Source of the DNA: an uncultured Clostridia bacterium
GTDB taxonomy: Bacteria > Bacillota > Clostridia > Oscillospirales > CAG-272
Assembly: GCA_947573405.1 (NCBI GenBank)
Contig: CANPFW010000002.1
Location: forward strand, 1,695 to 65,694
DNA length: 64,000 bases
Direction: 5' to 3'
Shown here: piece by piece, positions 55,939-64,000 of the stretch
How positions within the stretch are numbered: the first letter of the stretch is position 1
Layout: each line of letters opens with the position of its first letter
Translations under genes and position numbers: made by a program
The notes under the pieces: model-generated
The model's input: only the letters and a program-made list of their open reading frames with translations
Told to the model about the DNA's origin: nothing
Database searches by the model: none

Positions 55939-57258
55939 TTATTTTGCCAGCAGCAGCTGGAAATTCTCCAGCATGGAGCAAAGCTGCGCCAGGAATTTCG
56001 CTGCCGGTGCTCCGTCCACCGCACGGTGGTCAAAGGTAAGAGACAGTCCCATTGCAGGGTATACGGATCCGTCAGCCCGCATCCGGTTTGTGATGGTGCA
56101 AACACCCAGAATGGCTGTCTGCGGCGGATTGATTACAGGGGTAAAGCTTTCAATTCCAAGTGAACCCAAGTTGGTTACAGTAAAGCTGCCGCCGGACATT
56201 TCATCTGGAGTGAGCTGACCGCCGCGCGCACGCTCCGCCGCTTCCTTGGACGCTGCTGCGATCTGCGCAAGGGACATGGTATCCGCGCCGAATAGGGTGG
56301 GCACCAGAAGTCCCCGTTCCGTATCTACTGCCAAACCGATATTGGCATGGCGGAACAGACGGAAGGAATCCCCCACCAAATTTGCGTTAATATAGGGATG
56401 GGCCGGAAGCGTCCGAGACACCGCATACAGCACCATATCGTTGAGGGTAATTTTCGGCAAACCCAACGCTTCGGCATTTTGTTTGAGCTGCTTTCTGTAT
56501 TCCATGATGGAAGTGGCATCGAAAGAAGCGTTCAGCGTAAGCTGCGCCATCTCTGTGAGAGATGCGCACATAGAACGGGAAATTGCCTTGCGTACACCGG
56601 ACATTGGAGCTTCCTCGTACAGACCGAAATCTGCGCCGCCTGCAACAAATACGGCGTCTCCCTGTCCTGGCTGCACTGCTTCTACTGCTGTACTCTGAGC
56701 TACTTCCACTGCCGTGCTGTTCTGATACCCACCTGCCAGATATGCTTCCACATCTGCAACGGTTCCGTGATAGCCGTTGTCCAGCGCGGTGTCAATATCC
56801 CGCTGGATAATCCGTCCGTGGGGACCGGTGGGGGATACGCGGGTCATATCCACGCCGGTTTTCAGTGCCAGCGCCTTTGCACGGGGAGATATACGCAGGA
56901 TATCTCCTTCCCGCCGGGTAACGGGCGCTGCCTCCTTTTGCACTGCAGGGGCGGCGGCTGGGGCTTCTTCCTTCTTTTCTTCCGCAGGCGCACCGCCGGT
57001 AAACGCGGAAATATCCTCTCCTGCCTCACCGATTACACATACATTGTCCAGGCAGGGAACAACGTCCCCCTCTACCGCCAGAATTGCCAGCATAGTACCG
57101 GACACAGGACTTTTTTCATCGAATGCGGATTTATCCGTTTCATAGGAAAACAAAAGCTCCCCTTCACTGACCGCATCTCCTACTTTTTTATGCCACGCTG
57201 TAATGATGCAGGCTTCCACACTTTGACCCTGCCGCGGCATAATCACTGGATTTGCCAT
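55939..57258 (-). CDS. dihydrolipoamide acyltransferase (E2)
   Basis: Lipoyl domain with ETDKS lipoyl-lysine, Ala/Pro/Glu linker, subunit-binding domain (ISPRAKALA) and the catalytic DHRAVDG motif. Confidence 0.92.
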   Translation of the reverse strand: MANPVIMPRQGQSVEACIITAWHKKVGDAVSEGELLFSYETDKSAFDEKSPVSGTMLAILAVEGDVVPCLDNVCVIGEAGEDISAFTGGAPAEEKKEEAPAAAPAVQKEAAPVTRREGDILRISPRAKALALKTGVDMTRVSPTGPHGRIIQRDIDTALDNGYHGTVADVEAYLAGGYQNSTAVEVAQSTAVEAVQPGQGDAVFVAGGADFGLYEEAPMSGVRKAISRSMCASLTEMAQLTLNASFDATSIMEYRKQLKQNAEALGLPKITLNDMVLYAVSRTLPAHPYINANLVGDSFRLFRHANIGLAVDTERGLLVPTLFGADTMSLAQIAAASKEAAERARGGQLTPDEMSGGSFTVTNLGSLGIESFTPVINPPQTAILGVCTITNRMRADGSVYPAMGLSLTFDHRAVDGAPAAKFLAQLCSMLENFQLLLAK

Positions 57259-57330
57259 ATTGATCTTCCTTTCTGCTATTTTACTTTATTTATTTATATG
57301 ATTGATTTATAAGAGCTTAGCACCTACTCA

Positions 57331-57558
57331 AGCCCCCCCTTGTGTAAAGGGGGGTGGCATGCCGTAGGCATGTCGGAGGGATTGTTTCACTATGCTATCA
57401 ATTTGCAGATATTGACAAACGATAACTTTACAATCCCTCCGTCTCCGCTTCGCGGAGCCAGCTCCCTTTGCACAAGGGAGCCTTTTTATTTGTGCGAGGT
57501 TGCGCGTCACCTTCCCTTGCTGGGGCTTGAATCGGTGTAATGGATCCGCACATAGGGG
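57331..57558 (+). repeat. mosaic intergenic repeat, locus R13 (A-B-C-D-E-F-G)
   Basis: Arms GGAGGGATTGT 57375-57385 and ACAATCCCTC 57430-57439. B = GGCATGCC-GTA-GGCATGTC. D = CTCCGC-TTC-GCGGAG. Confidence 0.9.
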
Positions 57559-57578
57559 TTTCAGGCTGATAAAGCTTC

Positions 57579-58034
57579 TTATTCCACCCGCACCTTAACA
57601 ACAATCTTTTCAAATTCGATCCCTTCCCCGTCCACACCGCCGGCAGAATTGTGAGCATCCTGTGGGAACAGCATCGCAAAGGTTTCCGGGGTATTCACTG
57701 CATTCACCTGCGCCGGTCCTTCAAACAGATAAAAATCGTCCGCGTCCTGATAGGGATAGGTTTCCGTAAGACTGCCTATATCTGCGGTTTTCACAATTTC
57801 CCTCCCTGTCAGGGGAATAAATATATCTATATATTTCTTGTGCGCTTCAAAGGGTGCATCGGTAATATCCCTTGTTTCAACCGTTGCCTTGGTGAAGTAA
57901 AATGCTTCGCACACATCGGTTTTGCCTTCGCTGCTCTTCTGAAAATCTGTCCCGACAATAAAGTCAATTGCCGCGTCCAGATTCTTGCTGATTCCTTTAT
58001 AGTTTTCTAAATTTTTCAAAGTATCAAATATCAT
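57579..58034 (-). CDS. YhcH/YjgK/YiaL (DUF386, EbgC-like) family protein
   Basis: 151 aa. MIFDTLKNLENYKGIS start and FEAHKKYIDI block typical of the family. Confidence 0.8.
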   Translation of the reverse strand: MIFDTLKNLENYKGISKNLDAAIDFIVGTDFQKSSEGKTDVCEAFYFTKATVETRDITDAPFEAHKKYIDIFIPLTGREIVKTADIGSLTETYPYQDADDFYLFEGPAQVNAVNTPETFAMLFPQDAHNSAGGVDGEGIEFEKIVVKVRVE

Positions 58035-58821
58035 ATGCTTTTCTCATACCTTCCTTGGTAACATCTATAATTTGTACATCTTGTGCCATTGCCTGCTGCA
58101 TAAGCGGATCGGGTAATTTCCCGTCGCAAATCAGCACCTGCACCTGCTCCAACCGGCAGAAGGTATACGGCAGGCTTTTGTCCGCCTTGGACAGGTCCAT
58201 CAGCATAACTACCAGCCGCGCTTTGTCCGCTACTGCTTTTTTCAGCTGACACTCGTTGTAATTGCCTCCGGTGAAGCCACTTTGTACGGACAGCCCGGAC
58301 GGGGAAAGAAATGCGATATCAATATTCACATCGTCCAGATACCGTACCGCCTGCATACCAGACACCGCCTGATAATCCCGGTCCAGCCATCCGCCCACCA
58401 GATTGACCACCGGTTTGCCGATCCGCGAAAGTTCAATCGCGGCAGCAGGACTGGTTGTTGTAAAAACAAACCGCTCGTCCGGCACAAAAGGGATCATCTG
58501 CTGCAGAGTGGATCCGGAATCAAAGAAAATAGAACGTCCCACCTCTAAAAAGCGTGCAGCGACTGCAGCAATCTTTTTTTTGGAATCCACATTTTCCTGC
58601 ATTCTGCTAAAATAGGGATCGTCTACCGTGTCGGATAAAAACCGGGCGCTGCGGGCGCCGCCGCGCACTTTGATTGCCTGACCGGTTTTTTCCAAATAGT
58701 CGATATCCCGCCGCAGGGTCATCTGTGACACACCCGGAAACTGGGAAAAAAGCTCATCATAAGATATGAACGGTTTCTGCATCAGCTGCTGACGCACCCA
58801 TTCTCTGCGATCCTTGTACAT
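58024..58821 (-). CDS. DeoR/GlpR-family transcriptional regulator
   Basis: N-terminal HTH (VSQMTLRRDIDYLE). C-terminal sugar-phosphate-binding DeoR_C domain. Confidence 0.88.
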   Translation of the reverse strand: MYKDRREWVRQQLMQKPFISYDELFSQFPGVSQMTLRRDIDYLEKTGQAIKVRGGARSARFLSDTVDDPYFSRMQENVDSKKKIAAVAARFLEVGRSIFFDSGSTLQQMIPFVPDERFVFTTTSPAAAIELSRIGKPVVNLVGGWLDRDYQAVSGMQAVRYLDDVNIDIAFLSPSGLSVQSGFTGGNYNECQLKKAVADKARLVVMLMDLSKADKSLPYTFCRLEQVQVLICDGKLPDPLMQQAMAQDVQIIDVTKEGMRKAYDI

Positions 58822-58935
58822 GTGTCACCCTCCTCACATTGATTTTGTTTATTTTAACACAAATGTGCAAATCCGTCAATGGGAATGCACATATTTTTGT
58901 GAAAATTAACATGCTATGTGTGAATTCAAACCAAC

Positions 58936-59027
58936 AAAAAGCCTCCCTTGTGAGAAGCCGCTGCGTGGCTCCATATGGGACTTCCGCGTAGCAACAATAA
59001 AAAAGGCTCCCTTTACACAAGGGAGCC
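58936..59027 (-). repeat. mosaic intergenic repeat, locus R14 (fragment; E and G-like modules inverted)
   Basis: AAAAAGCCTCCCTTGTG (half A), GTGGCTCCATATGGGA (G-like, inverted) and AAAAAAGGCTCCCTTTACACAAGGGAGCC. The last, read on the minus strand, is a hairpin plus T6 terminator 68 nt after the DMT gene stop. Confidence 0.7.
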
Positions 59028-59094
59028 TGATGAAGTTAGGTAGGAACTTATGCCAAGCAAACACCCTGTGAAGCCTCAGCAGACACCGTTTTTA

Positions 59095-60009
59095 TCATGA
59101 TTCTTTTCGTACCTTTTCAGGAAGCTGTGCACATATAATTGCTGCAAACATAAGTACACAGCCAGCCCATTCCCTGCCAGTGGGAATCTGATGCAAAACT
59201 ACAATTCCACCCAGCACAGCAAACACAGATTCAAAGCTCATCAGCATGGACGCAATAGCAGGAGCCGTTCTCTGCTGTCCTAAGATTTGCAGTGTGTAGC
59301 CCACTCCGCTGGACAGAACGCCCACATATAGAATCGTCATCCAACCGTCCAGAATCTGCTGCCAACTGGGAGATTCAAACAAAAACATTCCAATCGCCGC
59401 CAGCACACCGGACACAAAAAATTGGATACAGGAAATCTGAACGCCATCAAGTCCCGGTGCAAGATGATCGATCACCAAAATATGCAAAGCCCAAAATACT
59501 GCGCCGCATAGTACAATTCCATCACTGGGCGAAAAAGAAAATCCCCCGGTAATACACAGAAGGTACAATCCGCAGAGCGCAGCAAGCACGCATATCCAAA
59601 TGCGCACCGGAAGCTTTTTCCCGCGAAAAAGACCGAACAGGGGAACCAGCAGAATATATGTAGCAGTGATAAATCCTGCTTTTCCGCCGGAAGTGCCGAG
59701 CGCAATGCCGTATTGCTGCAGCATCGCTGCAGCAAACATAACAACGCCGCAAATTGCTCCTGCAAAAATCACTTTCTTACGCACTGCCCGATCCTGCTGT
59801 CCGGAAGCGTGATATTTTTTCCGCGTTCTGCTGTTTACTAAAATCAACGGAATTAGTACTGCACCGCCCACAAAGCTGCGTGCCGCCTGAAAGGTAAGAG
59901 GCCCCATATAGTCCATGGCCTCGCTTTGCGCCACAAAGGAAAGCCCCCATATTATGGCAGTAACCAGCAGCATTATATTTCCGATTGCCTTTGTATGTCC
60001 CCGAATCAT
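59095..60009 (-). CDS. DMT-superfamily (EamA) transporter
   Basis: Start at MIRGHTK (60009), ATGA overlap with the upstream gene stop. About 10 predicted TM helices in two EamA halves. Confidence 0.85.
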   Translation of the reverse strand: MIRGHTKAIGNIMLLVTAIIWGLSFVAQSEAMDYMGPLTFQAARSFVGGAVLIPLILVNSRTRKKYHASGQQDRAVRKKVIFAGAICGVVMFAAAMLQQYGIALGTSGGKAGFITATYILLVPLFGLFRGKKLPVRIWICVLAALCGLYLLCITGGFSFSPSDGIVLCGAVFWALHILVIDHLAPGLDGVQISCIQFFVSGVLAAIGMFLFESPSWQQILDGWMTILYVGVLSSGVGYTLQILGQQRTAPAIASMLMSFESVFAVLGGIVVLHQIPTGREWAGCVLMFAAIICAQLPEKVRKES

Positions 60010-62057
60010 CCGCGCACTCTCTTCCGGGCAGGACGCCGTCTGGTACTGTCGCACTGCCGATAATCGAAAATGGGCGGAACAGGTGCAGTCTCCCGGTCAA
60101 AGGGTAAACCGTCCCGGGCAGCCTTCTTTTCTGCAATTTCCAGATACATATTTGTAATGCTCAGTTCTCCCTCACGTATATCGGGAAGAACCACACCGCC
60201 GCCGGCATACAATGCTGCTTCCGCCTGTTCAATATGACCGAGACGAATATGTGCCTGGGTGGTATAAAGCTGCACTCTTCCAACCGTCTGCATTTCCGGA
60301 GTCATTCCCTGGGCAAGCTCCAGTGCGTCTTCATACATTTCCGCACCCACAAGCAGTTCCATTGCTTCCTTGGCAAGAGAAATATCTGTAGGACGCATCC
60401 GATATGCGCGGGCGGCAAGTGCTGCCGCAGCCGCACGGTTTCCAAGCTGCTGTTTTACATACACCAGACCGTAAACTGCCCAGCAGGAAGGATTCAGCAT
60501 CATAGATTTTTCCAGAAGCTGCTCCGCATCAGACAAGCGGTTCATACACAAGTAGGTTACGCCAAGCTGCAAATGCGCATACCAGGAGAACAGATTCCCA
60601 CCGGATACAGCATTCTCCATCATACGCACCCATTCCTTTTGCAGCATCCAAGAAGGAGGCACCTGCGCCGGATCGTGCTCCGGGAAGAATCCCCGCTGCA
60701 GCAGGCATACCCAATCCGCCTGCTCTACACCTACCATTCCGAAATCCAAATGAGGCGCCATCGCGGGGCGGCCTTCCTTTTCCCGGCGCATATTTTCGAG
60801 AGCTCCCCAACCGCTTCCGGAAAGAATCAACTCCCCGTCTGCGGCAGCTTTCGCCATCGCTTTTGTTTCTTCCAGGATCCGGTCCATTTCATCATCAGTA
60901 ATAATATCGTTCAAGCGATTGCGGATTTCTGCTTTTGCACCTTCCCATTCACCGTGCACCGTATCACCGTCCGCATGCATTGCACCATACGCTTCCAGCC
61001 ACTCCCATGTTGTATTGGGCGGCATGGGAATGCACTCATACTGTGTATGCGCAAGTCCCGCCTGAAGTTCTATATACCGATCGTTGCTGCCGTCCTCGGT
61101 AAGATACTCCTGCCACCGGTCACCGCCGGGATTTTGTCCCCAGCAGAACAGCTTTCTGCCTTGGAGCCGCATAGTAGACGTATGGATCAGTCCATATCCG
61201 TCCGCATCCACAGCCGCTTCAAATTTTCTTTTCTTAGGCGGAATGTTATAGAAATAATCTCCCGCTGCGGGCACGTTGATAGGATAAGTCACATCATCCC
61301 CATTATATTCGGGAATGGGAGCAAGGCTGGTATTATTGTCCGCCACATATGCGCCGTCTGCATCGACTATAATCCGGGTGTCCGGTGTTTCCGGCACAGC
61401 GATATTACTCCACCAGTACATAGGAATCACATCAGGCAGGGGATTGATAATCCGGTTGCGGGCAAAAAGCACCTTGGATCCTGCAGGAAGGAAGAAATCC
61501 ATTTGCTGAACCACCTGACGAATCCGTTCAAACTCATACATACGCAGCACAGGTGTGCCATCTGCAAGCTTGGTCGTGGTGGTAAACATCGGCTCACAGG
61601 TATGCACATGGTGCCCAAACATTCCACAGTTCCATTCCACACCGCCGGAAGTCCAAGCATTGCGGAACGCCAAATTGCAGGGACGCATTACGGAATTTTT
61701 ATATAAAAGATCTCTGCCGCTCTCTTTATCAAACAGAGACATAAGCTTTCCGCCCCACTGGGGAAGAAAAGTGGCTTTCAAATATTCATTTTCCAAAACC
61801 ACCGCCATCATTTCCGTATCATGGAGAGGGCGGGTATACATATCCTGCATCCGATAGGGAAACGGGGACGGTACGTGACCATAGCCGATAAACAGTTCAT
61901 CGTCTTCGGAAAGACCGGAATCTCCATTTCTATGCCAAAAATTGAGTTTCGCCAGCGGCGGCAGGGAAGATTCCCCGTTCATATGCTGGCAGGGCATAGT
62001 GATGGTAGTAATCTGCAAATTGGTAGGCATATGTGCTTGCTCCTTTAACATGTACAA
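60006..62057 (-). CDS. large cytoplasmic protein: DUF5107-like N-terminal domain plus C-terminal TPR repeats
   Basis: 683 aa, no signal peptide. The C-terminal ~200 aa are TPR-like (YAHLQLGVTYLCMNRLSDAEQLLEKS..., AYRMRPTDISLAKEA...). The DUF5107 call for the N-terminal part is from memory and uncertain. Confidence 0.55.
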   Translation of the reverse strand: MYMLKEQAHMPTNLQITTITMPCQHMNGESSLPPLAKLNFWHRNGDSGLSEDDELFIGYGHVPSPFPYRMQDMYTRPLHDTEMMAVVLENEYLKATFLPQWGGKLMSLFDKESGRDLLYKNSVMRPCNLAFRNAWTSGGVEWNCGMFGHHVHTCEPMFTTTTKLADGTPVLRMYEFERIRQVVQQMDFFLPAGSKVLFARNRIINPLPDVIPMYWWSNIAVPETPDTRIIVDADGAYVADNNTSLAPIPEYNGDDVTYPINVPAAGDYFYNIPPKKRKFEAAVDADGYGLIHTSTMRLQGRKLFCWGQNPGGDRWQEYLTEDGSNDRYIELQAGLAHTQYECIPMPPNTTWEWLEAYGAMHADGDTVHGEWEGAKAEIRNRLNDIITDDEMDRILEETKAMAKAAADGELILSGSGWGALENMRREKEGRPAMAPHLDFGMVGVEQADWVCLLQRGFFPEHDPAQVPPSWMLQKEWVRMMENAVSGGNLFSWYAHLQLGVTYLCMNRLSDAEQLLEKSMMLNPSCWAVYGLVYVKQQLGNRAAAAALAARAYRMRPTDISLAKEAMELLVGAEMYEDALELAQGMTPEMQTVGRVQLYTTQAHIRLGHIEQAEAALYAGGGVVLPDIREGELSITNMYLEIAEKKAARDGLPFDRETAPVPPIFDYRQCDSTRRRPARKRVRG

Positions 62058-62145
62058 TATGTGGTCAGTTTACCACATTCCGCGGTATAAAGTCAAGATT
62101 TGTCCAATTCTTTGTTGGGGCGCACAGAAATTTGCAGGATATAAG

Positions 62146-62342
62146 AAGGCTCCCTTGTGTAAAAGGGGGGGTGGCGCGGCGCAGCCGCGACGGGGGGATT
62201 GTTGCGCTATACTGCCGATTTATAAAAATCTAAAATGATCGTATTACAATCCCTCACCCGCTCCGCGGGAGCTCCCTTTGCTGGGGGGAGCCTAATGAAG
62301 TTTATGCTTCTCGTGGGAGCCCCCTTTACCGGGAGAACTTTT
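62146..62342 (+). repeat. mosaic intergenic repeat, locus R15 (A-B-C-D-F-F)
   Basis: Arms GGGGGGATTGT 62192-62202 and ACAATCCCTC 62246-62255 (43-nt spacer). B = CGCGGC-GCA-GCCGCG. D = CCCGC-TCC-GCGGG. Confidence 0.9.
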
Positions 62343-62430
62343 ATGTCATGTAAAAGCTGAAAGTTTCCCACATAACAATACAGCGTCTTTCCGCAGAAAG
62401 ACGCTGTACAATCGTATTCTTTTTATTCAC

Positions 62431-62895
62431 TTACTCCACAGCATCAACCGTAGTTGCCGCATCAGTGGTAGTATCATCAACCGTTGTGGTATCGTCAGCG
62501 ACAGTAGTGTCGTCAGCCGCAGTGGTATCATCAGCAACAGTAGTATCCTCTGCTGCAGTGGTATCTTCCGCATGGTCATGATCGTGGAGATCCTCGTCCT
62601 CATTTTCGCCAAACACCATACCCCAGAAGCTATTGAAATCAGAAGCCTTGCCGGTATCCTGCATTACATATACGGAGCATACCAGCACCACGAAAATAAT
62701 AGCAACAACCGTGGTCAGAATGGAAAGTTTTTTATTGATCGTCTGCGCCTTAGATTTTCCAAAGAAAGTCTCTGCACCGCCGGCAATAGTACCGGAAAGA
62801 TTGTGCGCCTTGCCCTGCTGGAGCAATACTGCGATTACCAGAAAAACAGCAAATACGATCAGAATAATGCCGATTACAAGCTGTGCTGTTGTCAT
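62431..62895 (-). CDS. secG: preprotein translocase subunit SecG with an extended acidic Thr-rich C-terminal tail
   Basis: Start at MTTAQLVIG (62895). Two TM helices flanking LLQQGKAHNLSGTIAGG, as in SecG. About 75 extra C-terminal residues. Confidence 0.85.
   Translation of the reverse strand: MTTAQLVIGIILIVFAVFLVIAVLLQQGKAHNLSGTIAGGAETFFGKSKAQTINKKLSILTTVVAIIFVVLVCSVYVMQDTGKASDFNSFWGMVFGENEDEDLHDHDHAEDTTAAEDTTVADDTTAADDTTVADDTTTVDDTTTDAATTVDAVE
62446..62571 (-). repeat. seven tandem 18-nt (6-codon) repeats inside the secG 3' end
   Basis: Encodes AEDTTA AEDTTV ADDTTA ADDTTV ADDTTT VDDTTT DAATTV. Periodicity read directly from the codons. Confidence 0.8.
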
Positions 62896-63031
62896 TTTGC
62901 CTCTCCTCTTCTTTCTATATATAAACAAATAATAAGTTCAGTTCAGATAGAACGCCTATGTATTATAGCACGGTGCAAAGCAAAATGCAATAGAAATTTT
63001 CTTTTTTCAGAAAAATTCTGGAAAAGCTCCT

Positions 63032-64000
63032 TTAAAACCGATCTGCCAGTCCAGGAATTACCTGCCGCACCATTTCGCAAAGCTCCGCATCGCTCATTGT
63101 CGTGTTCCGTCCGGCAGCATACTGGGCGTCTACCATTTCTTTGATTTTTATAACCGCACTGCTGCGCTTGCCATAGGTTTTGTCAATTCCTTTTTCCGCA
63201 AGCTGCGCATTGAGCCAGTGGGCAATGCCCGCAAGCCCGCTGTGCGCGTCAATTGCTACAGATGCGGGACGGTTCAGAATCAGCTCCGTATTAAATATAT
63301 TGTAAATTTCCTCGTCCTTGAGGAGTCCATCCGCATGGATTCCCGCACGGGTAACATTGAAATCATGCCCCACAAAAGGCGTGCGGGGCGGGATTTCATA
63401 CCCAATCTGATTTTCAAAATACCGGGCAATTTCTGTAATAACAGTGGGATCCATGCCATCCAGCGTACCACGCAGGGATGCATATTCCATCACCATAGCT
63501 TCCAGAGGGCAGTTGCCGGTACGCTCACCGATTCCAAGCAAGGAGCAGTTTACACCGGATGCACCGTACAGCCATGCGGTCGCCGCGTTAGGCACTACCT
63601 TATAAAAATCATTGTGCCCGTGCCACTCCAGCATGGAGGAATCAATGCCGGCATAATGCATCAATCCGTAGATAATTCCGGAAACGCTTCGGGGCAATGC
63701 TGCACCGTGATAGGTTACGCCATAACCCATGGTATCGCAGGCACGGATTTTCACGGGAATGCCTGCTTGCTCGCCTAATCTGCGCAGTTCATTTGCAAAA
63801 GGCACTACAAAACCGTAGAAATCGGCTCTGGTTATATCCTCAAAGTGGCACCGGGGACGAATGCCCATATCCAGAATTTCCTGGACCACGCCCAAATACT
63901 TGTCCATCGCCTTTGCGCGGGTGAGTCCCATTTTATTATATATGTGATAATCACTGCAGGAAACCAGAACGCCTGTCTCTTTGATGCCCAGACTTTTCAC
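63032..64000 (-). CDS. HMGL-like family enzyme (homocitrate / 2-isopropylmalate / Re-citrate synthase-like), C-terminal 322 aa; N-terminus beyond the window end
   Basis: HFEDITRAD, ACDTMGYG, EWHGHNDF and GIGERTGNCPLE blocks of the DRE-TIM aldolase family. The specific substrate cannot be decided from the sequence alone. Confidence 0.75.
   Translation of the reverse strand: MKSLGIKETGVLVSCSDYHIYNKMGLTRAKAMDKYLGVVQEILDMGIRPRCHFEDITRADFYGFVVPFANELRRLGEQAGIPVKIRACDTMGYGVTYHGAALPRSVSGIIYGLMHYAGIDSSMLEWHGHNDFYKVVPNAATAWLYGASGVNCSLLGIGERTGNCPLEAMVMEYASLRGTLDGMDPTVITEIARYFENQIGYEIPPRTPFVGHDFNVTRAGIHADGLLKDEEIYNIFNTELILNRPASVAIDAHSGLAGIAHWLNAQLAEKGIDKTYGKRSSAVIKIKEMVDAQYAAGRNTTMSDAELCEMVRQVIPGLADRF

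Noticed and set aside
9171-62342. CRISPR array interpretation of the recurring repeats
   Set aside because: The copies are kilobases apart and separated by genes. They are modular and imperfect rather than identical 25-40 nt direct repeats with uniform spacers, and no cas genes are in the window.
1-64000. Defence islands, toxin-antitoxin pairs, IS elements or integrases
   Set aside because: I read every track ORF longer than 100 aa. None carries nuclease/helicase defence-type, TA, transposase (DDE/HUH) or recombinase signatures. The only mobile-looking material is the non-coding repeat family and the partial phage-like ORF at the left edge.

Overview
This is a 64-kb chromosomal segment of a moderately GC-rich Firmicute. 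It looks Clostridia-like: an ispH-rpsA fusion gene, a CIRCE-controlled hrcA-grpE-dnaK-dnaJ-prmA operon, a class B sortase, and a lysine riboswitch ahead of dapA-dapB-lysA. I cannot name the species. There are about 45 credible CDS, mostly housekeeping and mostly on the minus strand: pth-mfd, cmk-plsC-ispH/S1, mnmG, rlmH, rimO, recA-recF-recX, lysine biosynthesis, the heat-shock operon, tldD-pmbA, a 2-oxoacid dehydrogenase cluster (E2-E3-fused E1) and secG. Accessory-looking genes include an 859-aa surface protein, a BspA-type LRR protein, a WG-repeat protein, two tandem G3E/CobW GTPases (one frameshifted in a G4 run after its His-rich tract), and an ApbE flavin transferase next to a two-domain lipoprotein. 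I saw no rRNA, tRNA, CRISPR, transposase or recognisable defence genes. The stand-out feature is non-coding: a modular, hairpin-rich repeat family at 16 intergenic loci (13 complete cores, roughly 3.5 kb by hand count). Its variable hairpins show compensatory base changes. Its cores show a strong same-strand orientation bias that is independent of flanking gene direction. One near-identical inverted pair brackets apbE, and one locus is a ~490-bp array. I cannot assign the family to a described one from memory, so it is the best candidate for something new here. All calls come from reading the sequence and from recalled family signatures; no searches were run.
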